From Candidatus Daviesbacteria bacterium (GTDB lineage Bacteria > Patescibacteriota > Microgenomatia > Daviesbacterales > UBA10151): a stretch of 64,000 bases of DNA. A model generated the notes under the pieces. That model made no database searches, was not told where the DNA came from, and saw only the letters and a program-made list of their open reading frames with translations. Made by a program: the position numbers and the translations under genes. The DNA is taken from NCBI GenBank assembly GCA_016187025.1, contig JACPKM010000001.1:245688-309687 (forward strand), read 5' to 3'. Every line of letters starts with the position of its first letter. Positions within the stretch are counted from its first letter, which is position 1. Shown in pieces: positions 9,089 through 17,246 of the stretch.

Positions 9089-9201
9089 ACCTTCGAAATA
9101 CCACGAGTGTAAACTCGTGGATGAAGAAGGTTCCGACAAAGTCGGACTCACCGAAGGTGAGAACAAGAGGATACCACATGCGTTAGCTTGTGGTAGATTC
9201 A
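9089..9201. mobile_element. ~110-bp palindromic mini-element resembling a non-autonomous IS200/IS605 derivative (PATE-like)
   Basis: Terminal hairpins ccacgagt-gtaa-actcgtgg (9101-9120) and taccacatgc-gtta-gcttgtggta (9172-9195) followed by ttca; two internal hairpins (9132-9146, 9147-9161); no coding capacity. Confidence 0.6.
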
Positions 9202-9293
9202 TTTACCTTCTAGTCTTTCCGTAGAGAGCTTTACTATGTAAGTACGTATTGACAAGATTATATTTGTGTAGTATGGTATATACATATTTCTGG

Positions 9294-9590
9294 ATGAGAA
9301 CCGATAAAGATGTTTTTGAATTTGAGTGGAATAACGGAAACAGCGGGAAAAATAAAAAGCATAAAGTGGAAGACAAAGAAGCCGAGGAAGTATTTTTTGA
9401 TGAGAACAAAGTAACTTTTCCTGATAGTCTCCATTCCACAGACAATGAGGAACGTTTAAGAATAATTGGTAAAACTAAAAAAGGAAGGTTACTATTTATT
9501 GTCTTTACCAAAAGAGGTCAAAAAATTAGAATCATTTCAGCAAGAGATATAAACCGAAAGGAGGTGCCTCTTTATGAAAAAACCGCTTAA
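9294..9590 (+). CDS. brnT: BrnT family ribonuclease toxin (DUF497)
   Basis: FEWNNGNSGKNKKHKV...EAEEVF, EERLRIIG, IRIISAR. Confidence 0.9.
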   Translation: MRTDKDVFEFEWNNGNSGKNKKHKVEDKEAEEVFFDENKVTFPDSLHSTDNEERLRIIGKTKKGRLLFIVFTKRGQKIRIISARDINRKEVPLYEKTA

Positions 9591-9834
9591 ACTACCAAAG
9601 TTTAAAAATGAAGATGAAGAGAGAGGCTTCTGGGCGAAGATAGATTTGTCTAAATACTATGAGCCTTCGGATATGGAAAAGGTTAGTTTTCCTAATTTGA
9701 AACCTACCAGCAGGTCTATTTCCATTAGAATTCCGGAATATCTTTTAAATAGAGTCAAAGAAAAGGCTAATGAGATTAATGTACCCTATCAATCTTTAAT
9801 CAAAGATTATATTAAAAGGGGTATATTATCCTAG
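9574..9834 (+). CDS. brnA: BrnA/CopG-like ribbon-helix-helix antitoxin
   Basis: PKFKNEDEERGFW and SISIRIP...YQSLIK; overlaps brnT. Confidence 0.85.
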   Translation: MKKPLKLPKFKNEDEERGFWAKIDLSKYYEPSDMEKVSFPNLKPTSRSISIRIPEYLLNRVKEKANEINVPYQSLIKDYIKRGILS

Positions 9835-9861
9835 TAAATGGGTTGTAGCATCTGAAAAAGA

Positions 9862-10017
9862 ACACCCATTACTTACAACTGATCCTAAAGAAACTTACAT
9901 CACGGAGAGGTTCTGCCGATACTTCTATCAAATCGCGCATACAAAACAGCCTCCCGTACACTAACAGGGGAATGTCCTAAGGATACCAGTATACAGGCTC
10001 CTATATTTTCACCTTCC
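9862..10017 (-). pseudogene. Diverged duplicate of the 3' end and downstream flank of the Clp-N gene (direct repeat of 8326-8479)
   Basis: Reads EGENIGACILVSLGHSPVSVREAVLYARFDRSIGRTSP* versus EGENIGASILESLGHSLTDVREAVLYAQFDRRRRTSS*; no start codon in frame. Confidence 0.85.
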
Positions 10018-10037
10018 CCACTATATACGAAAAAAGA

Positions 10038-10805
10038 TCAAATGATGAACTGGCTGACAGTTGTTTCTAAAGACTTTTTATCAATCCGGGTTTTCAGTTT
10101 TTTTAACCAGGTTAAATCAACACAAAACTGTTGAGATATTTCTTCAGGGGAAATCTGCTTCTCAGTCAGCAAAAACAAGATTGGGTCTATTTTATCCCAG
10201 GTTAGAGCGATATTTTCCGGATAGAGTAACCCCTGGTAATTAGTAAGAGGTATGAATTGACCGGGAATATTTAGAAATTGGGCTAGATCATAAAGTTCTG
10301 ACTTGTACAATGAATAAAAAGGCATAAGATGTCCATAAAAACCTTCAGGTCTGTTGCCTAGTAGTCTGTCGCTTTTATCAAAGGTGTCAACTATTACAGC
10401 TTTCATATTCTCCGCTTGAATAGCTGAATGATAATTTATAAAACGTTGATAGAATCTTTTAAGGCTTGCAGGGGTATGCAGTTGATAAGCAGAAATTTCA
10501 GATTGATAAGCTGCACCGCGTTTTAAAATAAAAGTTTCCAGCCCGGAATATTTACAGAGCTCGACCAAGCTATTTGTTTCATCGGTTCCAAAATCAAAAA
10601 TCATTGCCACAATGTTTTCTTTCGATGCTTGTCTGAGTAACGCTCCGGCAACGATAGAATTAATGTCTCCGGATATCCGCACCATGATTTTGTGATGGCC
10701 GTGTTTTGACAAGTACTGGTAATAGTGTTGCAGATAATCAGTTAATTTGGTAACCAGTTGCTCATCAACTGGTTTTTTATATTTAAACAGATTGAGCAGG
10801 TCCAT
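10038..10805 (-). CDS. Divergent NH3-dependent NAD synthetase (NadE)-like protein
   Basis: NadE-like segments DKSDRLLG, PFYSLYKSELYDLAQFLNIP and LTWDKIDPIL; the PP-loop reads SGDINS instead of SGGxDS. Confidence 0.65.
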   Translation of the reverse strand: MDLLNLFKYKKPVDEQLVTKLTDYLQHYYQYLSKHGHHKIMVRISGDINSIVAGALLRQASKENIVAMIFDFGTDETNSLVELCKYSGLETFILKRGAAYQSEISAYQLHTPASLKRFYQRFINYHSAIQAENMKAVIVDTFDKSDRLLGNRPEGFYGHLMPFYSLYKSELYDLAQFLNIPGQFIPLTNYQGLLYPENIALTWDKIDPILFLLTEKQISPEEISQQFCVDLTWLKKLKTRIDKKSLETTVSQFII

Positions 10806-10834
10806 ATCAGGTACTAATATTGTATACTAATTTA

Positions 10835-11761
10835 ATGGATGATAAACTGCCCCCGCCAATCAAAATTACCCCAAACTCCCCGGATATACCTAATCCCCCA
10901 AATGACGATGACCCCATATTTGAGGCTAAAATCAATAACCCCTTTAGTAAATTTTTTAGCTGGATCAAAGATTTCCTTAAAAAACAAAGTAATATAACTA
11001 TTAAAATACCCATTATTGGTATTATCATGGGATTATCAGGTCTGGGGATCGGATGGGGCACAGGATACAACTGGGGTTTTAATACTGCACTTGCTAAACT
11101 ATTTCCCAACTCCTCTCCTGTTTTTCATAGGGCAGTTTCTTTAGAAGGAGTAATTCAAAAATCTGCTTCAGCGCAATTTTATCTAAAATCAGAGGATAAC
11201 TTATGGATTTTGAAACCAAAATCCCCAATCACCCCGGCAATCATAGAAACCTCAGTTGAAAAACAAGTGAAAGTTTTAGGTAATTTAACCAAAGAAGCAA
11301 ACGCTGTTGAAGTCTCAGAAATTATCCCGCTTGAGTCTCCCCAACCTACCCTAACGCCCCTTACCTCCCTTGTAAATTCTTATTCCTCTACTTCTTCTAA
11401 CCCTTCTAATCCCCCTGACTCTGAGCTTAAATTACCGGATCTCTTCACAGGGCTGCAATGGGTATCCACCCAAAAAAAGGTTTTAGTTTTTACCTCGGGT
11501 AAAAGAAGGATGGATGTGGAAGGGTTTCACATTGAATCATCCCAGCTTACTTCTTTCCCTCAGGATTTTATTAACTACTATATTACTGAGCTTAAAAACA
11601 AAGGCTTTAAAGAAACTCTAAATTCTATTAATCCTGAAGGGATAACAGTAACTTATTCCAAAGATGACCTCTTTTTAACTTTTGGAGTCAAAAATATCTA
11701 TCAAGGCAAAGCAGATAAAAAACAACTTGCAGGTTATGTTGCCTATCTAGAACATAATTAA
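10835..11761 (+). CDS. Hypothetical single-pass membrane protein (possible OB-fold segment, P/S-rich linker)
   Basis: Long ORF with TM at IPIIGIIMGLSGLGIGWG; TATACT 6 nt before ATG 10835. Confidence 0.6.
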   Translation: MDDKLPPPIKITPNSPDIPNPPNDDDPIFEAKINNPFSKFFSWIKDFLKKQSNITIKIPIIGIIMGLSGLGIGWGTGYNWGFNTALAKLFPNSSPVFHRAVSLEGVIQKSASAQFYLKSEDNLWILKPKSPITPAIIETSVEKQVKVLGNLTKEANAVEVSEIIPLESPQPTLTPLTSLVNSYSSTSSNPSNPPDSELKLPDLFTGLQWVSTQKKVLVFTSGKRRMDVEGFHIESSQLTSFPQDFINYYITELKNKGFKETLNSINPEGITVTYSKDDLFLTFGVKNIYQGKADKKQLAGYVAYLEHN

Positions 11762-12147
11762 GTCTTTGGGGTAAAGAGCTTTATCCCCTTGATATTCTCA
11801 AAATCTTTCCGGTTTAATGTAGCCAGTTCTAATTTGTGGAAAAGAGTAGTGGCGGCAATAATTGCATCGGAAAGGTTTCTGCCATATTTTGCCCTAGTTT
11901 CCCCGGCTTTCTCTGAAATCTCTTCTTCTAATGGCAAAATTTTGATATCCGAAAAAAGTGACTTTAATGTCTGCAAAGCCTCTGTTTTCTCCCATATACT
12001 TTTTCCAGAAAAGCATTCTGTATGAGTAATAATGGAAGCATAAAGCGGAATTTGGCTTTGTTCTAACTTGATCTGTATTGTTTTACGTTTATCTTTTTGA
12101 CGCAGGAAATCTATAATAATGGAAGTATCAACTAATACGCCATTCAT
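11758..12147 (-). CDS. vapC: VapC PIN-domain toxin
   Basis: VLVDTSIIIDFLR, SIITHTE, SDAIIAAT, LATLNRKDF. Confidence 0.92.
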   Translation of the reverse strand: MNGVLVDTSIIIDFLRQKDKRKTIQIKLEQSQIPLYASIITHTECFSGKSIWEKTEALQTLKSLFSDIKILPLEEEISEKAGETRAKYGRNLSDAIIAATTLFHKLELATLNRKDFENIKGIKLFTPKT

Positions 12148-12404
12148 TACCAGTTATATTTTTTTAATCTTTTTTCCAGATCCTTTCGAATTTTTTTGTA
12201 TTCCTGATAATCCTTATCAGTAAACCAGTCGGTTTTCAAATTTAACAGCATTTTAATCCTATCCTTTTTAGACATTTTTTCCTTACTGCCGACCTTCTCC
12301 CTAATGATTGCAGAGAAACTTTTTCTTTTTTTGGCTGCTTCCTCTTTGAGTCTTAAATAATCTTCTTCAGGCAGTCTGATGTTAGTTACCACATAGTTAC
12401 TCAT
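12147..12404 (-). CDS. vapB: VapB-type CopG/RHH antitoxin
   Basis: TNIRLPEEDYLRLKEEAAKKRKSFSAIIRE RHH pattern; stop overlaps the vapC start; ATG 12404 follows an extended -10. Confidence 0.8.
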   Translation of the reverse strand: MSNYVVTNIRLPEEDYLRLKEEAAKKRKSFSAIIREKVGSKEKMSKKDRIKMLLNLKTDWFTDKDYQEYKKIRKDLEKRLKKYNW

Positions 12405-12572
12405 ACAATACCATTGTATCATGATATTGAAATTAGTCAATATTAAGTCTTGTCCAATACAAGATGAGCATGAAATAACAGGTTGTTCTAATACAAGAAG
12501 AGCATAAAAAACCGCAAACACAAAACGAAAGCTTTACAATTTATAGCAATCATAGTATCATCTACGGTTATT

Positions 12573-13409
12573 ATGGGCCTAAATACAGTTGAAAGTGATA
12601 CTTCAGCAGTCAGAAATTCTGGATATAGGAGTTTAGCGGGATTTCTCAACCCAATCGTAGAAAAAGGGCAGGCACGTTTCCCCGGGGTCAAAGCATGGCA
12701 CATTACAGCTACTGGGATAGCTTTGACAATAGCAGGAACCGAGCTTGAAGAATATCAAAATCGAAGAGGCAAACATACAACATCGCTAGACTTGCTATCC
12801 GGTGCATTAACAGTTCTGGGAGTAGTTTGTGATCTTTTAGATGGTAAATGGGCAAGACTGGCAAGAAGTGAGATGTGGGATCCTGTAAAAAGAGAGGATA
12901 ATGAAAAATGGGGACAGGCGATAGACCCGGCTGCAGATGGGGTTATAGAAGCGCACCGGGCGTTTGCTGGGGCAGTAACAGCCTGGCATTTAGGTGATAA
13001 AGAAGGCTTTAATGCTGCAATGAGAAATATGGAAAGTACCAATCGGCCCAGGACTGCAAAAGCTTTTGTAGGGGCTTTCGGTAAAGCTACACCTGAAAGC
13101 TACCCCGTTTTTGATCCGAGATTCCTCGGCACAAGTTTAGGCAGGAAAGTACCTAACTTTCTCAGTACATATGTTAGAAAGCTTAGAGGATGTCCTATAC
13201 AGTTTATGATGGATTCAAGGGTAGCTAATGCAAATGATGTGGTAACAGCTGAGCGTTTATGGATGGTAGTTAAGCCTGCGAAAAGATTGAATGGTAAGGA
13301 GGCTAAACATGCCCAGGCTAGACTAGTGGTACTTGGAGCAGAAACCTTGGCTATTGCAGGTGCTGCATACCTTGTACGAAAAACCCTTACCTTTCCAGAG
13401 AATAAGTAG
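12573..13409 (+). CDS. Divergent CDP-alcohol phosphatidyltransferase-family membrane protein
   Basis: DLLDGKWAR...GQAIDPAAD matches D-x2-DG-x2-AR-xn-G-x3-D-x3-D, with a longer spacer than usual. Confidence 0.65.
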   Translation: MGLNTVESDTSAVRNSGYRSLAGFLNPIVEKGQARFPGVKAWHITATGIALTIAGTELEEYQNRRGKHTTSLDLLSGALTVLGVVCDLLDGKWARLARSEMWDPVKREDNEKWGQAIDPAADGVIEAHRAFAGAVTAWHLGDKEGFNAAMRNMESTNRPRTAKAFVGAFGKATPESYPVFDPRFLGTSLGRKVPNFLSTYVRKLRGCPIQFMMDSRVANANDVVTAERLWMVVKPAKRLNGKEAKHAQARLVVLGAETLAIAGAAYLVRKTLTFPENK

Positions 13410-13437
13410 CTTCCCTTTCAGGGAACGCAGGCATCTG

Positions 13438-13521
13438 TTATTTATTTCCTGTAACCAGATACGATGCTTGCCCTTCAACAGCTGCGGCTAGCACCATATT
13501 GTCATCAGGATCATTTTTTAA
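13438..13521 (-). pseudogene. C-terminal fragment of a PIN-family toxin
   Basis: Reads KNDPDDNMVLAAAVEGQASYLVTGNK*, matching the DPDD..L..A....A.Y.VTGD motif of PIN-family TA toxins. Confidence 0.7.
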
Positions 13522-13565
13522 GCCATATGGGCAAAATATAATAATTTCTATAACCGCTATTTAAC

Positions 13566-13618
13566 ACTACATCATAATATATTAAGGTATTGACATGTAG
13601 TATTATGTAGTATAATAT
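13566..13618 (+). promoter_or_regulatory. Sigma70-type promoter with repeated operator-like motif upstream of the Fic gene
   Basis: TTGACA 13590-13595, TATAAT 13611-13616 (or TAATAT 13613-13618 at 17 bp); atgtagt at 13595 and 13605 with inverted actacat at 13566. Confidence 0.6.
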
Positions 13619-13657
13619 AACAATCATGAGCAAGAAACTTGCCCCGCTCAATGCCAT

Positions 13658-14620
13658 ATGAACAATAAGTTAAGTTTATTGACACAAAAGAAACAAAAGC
13701 TAGATGGTTTTAGACCATTACCTCTAGAATTGGTTAAAAATCTTGATGAATGGTTTAAGGTAGAACTTACCTACACCTCTAATGCCATTGAAGGTAATAC
13801 TCTAACCAGGGCAGAGACAGCCCTAGTAGTAGAAAAAGGTATTACCGTACAAGGTAAGAGTTTAACAGAACATTTAGAGGCGACTAACCATGTTGATGCT
13901 TTGGAATATGTAAAAACACTGGTAGGCAAAAAAAGGCAAGATATAACAGAACAAGATATTTTAGATATAAACAGGCTAATCTTAAATAAGATTGAGGCTG
14001 TTAATGCGGGTAGATATAGGACACAACATGCACGGCTGACTGAAACTGATGTAATTTTACCCAACCCAGTTAAAATTCCAGAGCTTATGGAGGAGTTTAT
14101 GGGATGGCTGGTGGGTGATAATTCAGACCATGTAGCAAAGATAGGGGCTGATGCTCACTTCAAGTTAGTTAGTATTCATCCATTCTCGGATGGGAACGGT
14201 AGGACTTCCCGACTTCTCATGAACTTACTGTTTATGCAAGAAGGCTACCCACCTGCTATAGTCCGTAAAGAAGATAGATTAGCATATATAAACTCCTTGG
14301 AGAAAGCTCAGAAAGGCGGTGGGTTAGATGATTTTTATAATCTAATTTATGAAGCAGTTGACCGCTCGCTGGATATTTATTTAGAGGCACTCCAACCAGA
14401 AAGAGAGAGTTTAGCAGAGCCTATCCCAGCTCAGAGGTTTTATACTACAGATGAGGTGGCAAGATTACTTCAAGTAGATCCAGAGAGTGTTAGAAGATAT
14501 GTCAGGAGAGGGATACTGCGGGCAGTTAAGTTGGGTGGTAAGTTTATTAGAATAGACAAAGCTGATTTAGACAGGTTTATTGAGCAATTAAAAACAACTA
14601 GGACTGGACTTACGCAATAA
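13658..14620 (+). CDS. Fic-domain protein fused to a C-terminal excisionase-like (HTH_17) DNA-binding domain
   Basis: HPFSDGNGRTSR catalytic motif, TSNAIEGN autoinhibitory motif, C-terminal FYTTDEVARLLQVDPESVRRYVRRGILRAVKLGG. Confidence 0.9.
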   Translation: MNNKLSLLTQKKQKLDGFRPLPLELVKNLDEWFKVELTYTSNAIEGNTLTRAETALVVEKGITVQGKSLTEHLEATNHVDALEYVKTLVGKKRQDITEQDILDINRLILNKIEAVNAGRYRTQHARLTETDVILPNPVKIPELMEEFMGWLVGDNSDHVAKIGADAHFKLVSIHPFSDGNGRTSRLLMNLLFMQEGYPPAIVRKEDRLAYINSLEKAQKGGGLDDFYNLIYEAVDRSLDIYLEALQPERESLAEPIPAQRFYTTDEVARLLQVDPESVRRYVRRGILRAVKLGGKFIRIDKADLDRFIEQLKTTRTGLTQ

Positions 14621-14632
14621 CTAACTGATAAC

Positions 14633-14683
14633 TGGTATGAAAAACTAGGCTTTACTCTGGCTGCTAACCTTTTTAAGAGATAA
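14633..14683 (+). pseudogene. Possible C-terminal remnant of a GNAT acetyltransferase
   Basis: Reads WYEKLGFTLAANLFKR*, matching the GNAT (F/W)YEKLGF motif; very short. Confidence 0.45.
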
Positions 14684-14725
14684 GTAGTAGACAGAGGTTG
14701 ACGGCAGTGTTAATATTTACTCCTT

Positions 14726-14983
14726 ATGATTAAACTTTTAGACTTTTGGGCTCCGTGGTGTGGTCCCTGCAGAATTATGAACCCAGTTTTGGAAGAGATA
14801 GAAAAAGAATTGCAGGGAAAAATAGCAGTGGAAAAATACAATGTGGATGAAGCTCAAGAGATAGCCTCCAAGTATGGGGTAATGAGTATTCCTACCTATG
14901 TTATAGAAAAAGATGATAAAGAGGTGGGAAGAAAAATTGGTGTCACCTCAAAAGCGGACCTTCTAAAATTACTGCAACAGTAA
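14726..14983 (+). CDS. trxA: Thioredoxin
   Basis: DFWAPWCGPC and YGVMSIPT. Confidence 0.95.
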   Translation: MIKLLDFWAPWCGPCRIMNPVLEEIEKELQGKIAVEKYNVDEAQEIASKYGVMSIPTYVIEKDDKEVGRKIGVTSKADLLKLLQQ

Positions 14984-14985
14984 TT

Positions 14986-15291
14986 GTGAATTTCAAAGAC
15001 AAAGTTATTCAAATCACCAAAAAAATTCCTTATGGCCGGGTAAGCACTTATGGTACTATAGCCACATTGGCCGGAATGCCTCGGGGAGCAAGGTTTGTTG
15101 GAGGAGTGCTGCATTTTAACTCTGATAAATACAATCTCCCTTGGTATCGGGTAATTAACAGGCACGGGCTTATCTCCACTACATGTTTAGACCATTTAAG
15201 GCAAGCCCAAAAGGCTTTACTTGAGCAAGAGGGTATTAAAGTTAGCGAAGGTTTTATGGTAGACTTAGATCGTTATGGCTGGTGGGGATAG
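14986..15291 (+). CDS. Alkyltransferase-like (ATL, MGMT family) DNA-damage sensor
   Basis: IPYGRVSTYG, ARFVG, PWYRV (Trp replaces the catalytic Cys of PCHRV), QKALLEQEG. Confidence 0.88.
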   Translation: MNFKDKVIQITKKIPYGRVSTYGTIATLAGMPRGARFVGGVLHFNSDKYNLPWYRVINRHGLISTTCLDHLRQAQKALLEQEGIKVSEGFMVDLDRYGWWG

Positions 15292-15961
15292 TAAGAATAC
15301 CTGGATTATTGCAAACTGGAAGTCTAACATGACTATTGCTGAGGCTTTGGAGTGGGTTTCAAAAGTTGGATCGGAAATACCCAAGATAGACAATATAAAA
15401 GTAGTTGTTTGCCCAACATTCTCCGCCTTGTCTGAAGTAAAGAAAGCAATACAAATAGGAAATTACCCACTTCTTGTAGGTGCTCAAAACATCTCTCCAT
15501 TTGGGGTAGGTGCATACACAGGAGAAGAAAATGCCCAAACCTTATCTCAGTTTATTGACCTTGCTATTATCGGTCATTCAGAAAGGAGAGAAAATTTTAA
15601 AGAAACAGACGAAATGATTACAAACAAAGTAAATCAAGTGGTGGAAAATAAAATCACACCACTTGTTTGTGTTCAAAATTCTGAAACACCTATACCAGAA
15701 AATTGTAAAATTGTTGCTTACGAGCCTATCTTTGCAATAGGTACAGGTAATCCCGATACTCCGGGAAATGCCGATAAGATAGCAGATGTTTTGAAAGAAA
15801 GATATGGACAGAATTTAGCAGTAATTTATGGAGGTAGTGTTGATTCAGGTAATGTAAAAGGCTTTGTCGCTCAAGAAAACATTGCGGGTGTTTTAGTAGG
15901 AAAAGCCTCTCTTGATGCTGATGAGTTTATTAAAATAATTGCAGCTTGTGATAAAATCTAG
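15275..15961 (+). CDS. tpiA: Triosephosphate isomerase
   Basis: ANWKSN, GAYTGE, IGHSERR, AYEPIFAIGTG, YGGSV. Confidence 0.96.
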   Translation: MAGGDSKNTWIIANWKSNMTIAEALEWVSKVGSEIPKIDNIKVVVCPTFSALSEVKKAIQIGNYPLLVGAQNISPFGVGAYTGEENAQTLSQFIDLAIIGHSERRENFKETDEMITNKVNQVVENKITPLVCVQNSETPIPENCKIVAYEPIFAIGTGNPDTPGNADKIADVLKERYGQNLAVIYGGSVDSGNVKGFVAQENIAGVLVGKASLDADEFIKIIAACDKI

Positions 15962-15974
15962 GCTCTTTAATAAA

Positions 15975-17246
15975 ATGCACAAGATCAAATTTGCCCAGTC
16001 TGCATCAGAAAACCCACATCAAAAAAAGACGGGCAAAGTTTTTAAAAAACTATCGCCTGTGTTTGTGGTAATCTTTATTTTAACTTTTGGATACTTGTTT
16101 ATTAGTACGTCCTCGGGATTCAAAACTGTTAGTACAGTAACAGACTTTATTGCGAAGCAACAACCTTTGTTGATCTTTCAAAACAGAACCAGTGTCAAAT
16201 CAACCGATAATAAAACAAATATACTACTACTTGGTAATCCTGGTGGTGTACATGCAGGACCATACCTGACCGATACAGTCATGGTGGCATCACTTCTTCA
16301 TAAAGAAAACAAAGTTTATTTAATATCTCTACCCCGTGATCTGTGGGTTGATCAAACCAAAACTAAGTTAAATGCAGTTTATGAGCTGGGATCAAGGAAA
16401 AATAACGGATTAGAATTTAGCAAAAAAATGGTAGGTGATGTTTTAGGTATCCCTATTCATTATGCAGTTAGGGCAGACTTTAGAGGATTTATTAAAGCAA
16501 TTGATGAGCTAGGGGATGTTGAGGTGAGTGTGGACAGAACCTTTGATGATTACAATTATCCAATTTCAGGTAAAGAAGATGATATGTGCGGTAATAAAGA
16601 AGAAGAAAAAGAGTTTAATGAAGAAGAAGCAAAGAAGCTAAATATTTCACCAGGAAAACAGAAAGTATTAATTTTAGCTGCTGGTCAAATAGCAACTGAT
16701 TCAGCAGATCCAGATAAAAGTTCTGATTACTTTGCTTGTAGATTTGAACATATTCATTACGAAAAGGGATTATCATTGATGGATGGAGAGGAAGCTTTAA
16801 TATTTGTTAGATCAAGAAAAGGTACCAACGGAGAAGGATCGGATTTTGCCAGGTCAAAAAGACAGCAAAAAGTTTTAGAGTCAATAAAAGCCAAAGTCTT
16901 GTCTTTTGAAACCTTAACAGATCCAAAAAAGATCTCCTTGCTAATTGATACCTATGGGAATAGTGTTGAAACAGACATTCCAATTATGGATATTTTGGAA
17001 TTTTACAAACTAGTAAAAAAGATAGAGTCTATGAAGGCTCATGTAGTAGACAACTCTGAAAACTCCAAATTACCTGGTGAGAAATTCTCTGTATTGGTAC
17101 AACCAAGAGCATCTGATTATGGGGGCGCCTATGTACTAGTTCCCAGAACTGGTAGGTATGATATTATTCATGAGTTTGTTAATAAAATACTATCAGGAGA
17201 ATTAAATCGATATGAAGCCACTACTGCTGCACGGGTCAGCAATTAA
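15975..17246 (+). CDS. LytR-CpsA-Psr (LCP) family cell-wall glycopolymer transferase
   Basis: TM helix, NILLLG, TDTVMV, SLPRDLWV, FVRSRKG, SDFARSKRQQKVL. Confidence 0.92.
   Translation: MHKIKFAQSASENPHQKKTGKVFKKLSPVFVVIFILTFGYLFISTSSGFKTVSTVTDFIAKQQPLLIFQNRTSVKSTDNKTNILLLGNPGGVHAGPYLTDTVMVASLLHKENKVYLISLPRDLWVDQTKTKLNAVYELGSRKNNGLEFSKKMVGDVLGIPIHYAVRADFRGFIKAIDELGDVEVSVDRTFDDYNYPISGKEDDMCGNKEEEKEFNEEEAKKLNISPGKQKVLILAAGQIATDSADPDKSSDYFACRFEHIHYEKGLSLMDGEEALIFVRSRKGTNGEGSDFARSKRQQKVLESIKAKVLSFETLTDPKKISLLIDTYGNSVETDIPIMDILEFYKLVKKIESMKAHVVDNSENSKLPGEKFSVLVQPRASDYGGAYVLVPRTGRYDIIHEFVNKILSGELNRYEATTAARVSN

Noticed and set aside
9089-9201. CRISPR array or tRNA
   Set aside because: The hairpins are not identical repeats with spacers, there are no cas genes, and there is no cloverleaf with T-loop or CCA.
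8365-10017. Diversity-generating retroelement TR/VR pair (repeat at the 3' end of the Clp-N gene)
   Set aside because: Mismatches are not adenine-specific in either copy or strand, there is a 3-nt indel, and no reverse transcriptase is in the window.
11330-11420. Period-9 C-rich repeats (also 3437-3500 and 10865-10905)
   Set aside because: The period is a multiple of 3 and they encode P/S/T-rich linkers, so protein-level low complexity is a sufficient explanation, although a DNA-level origin is not excluded.
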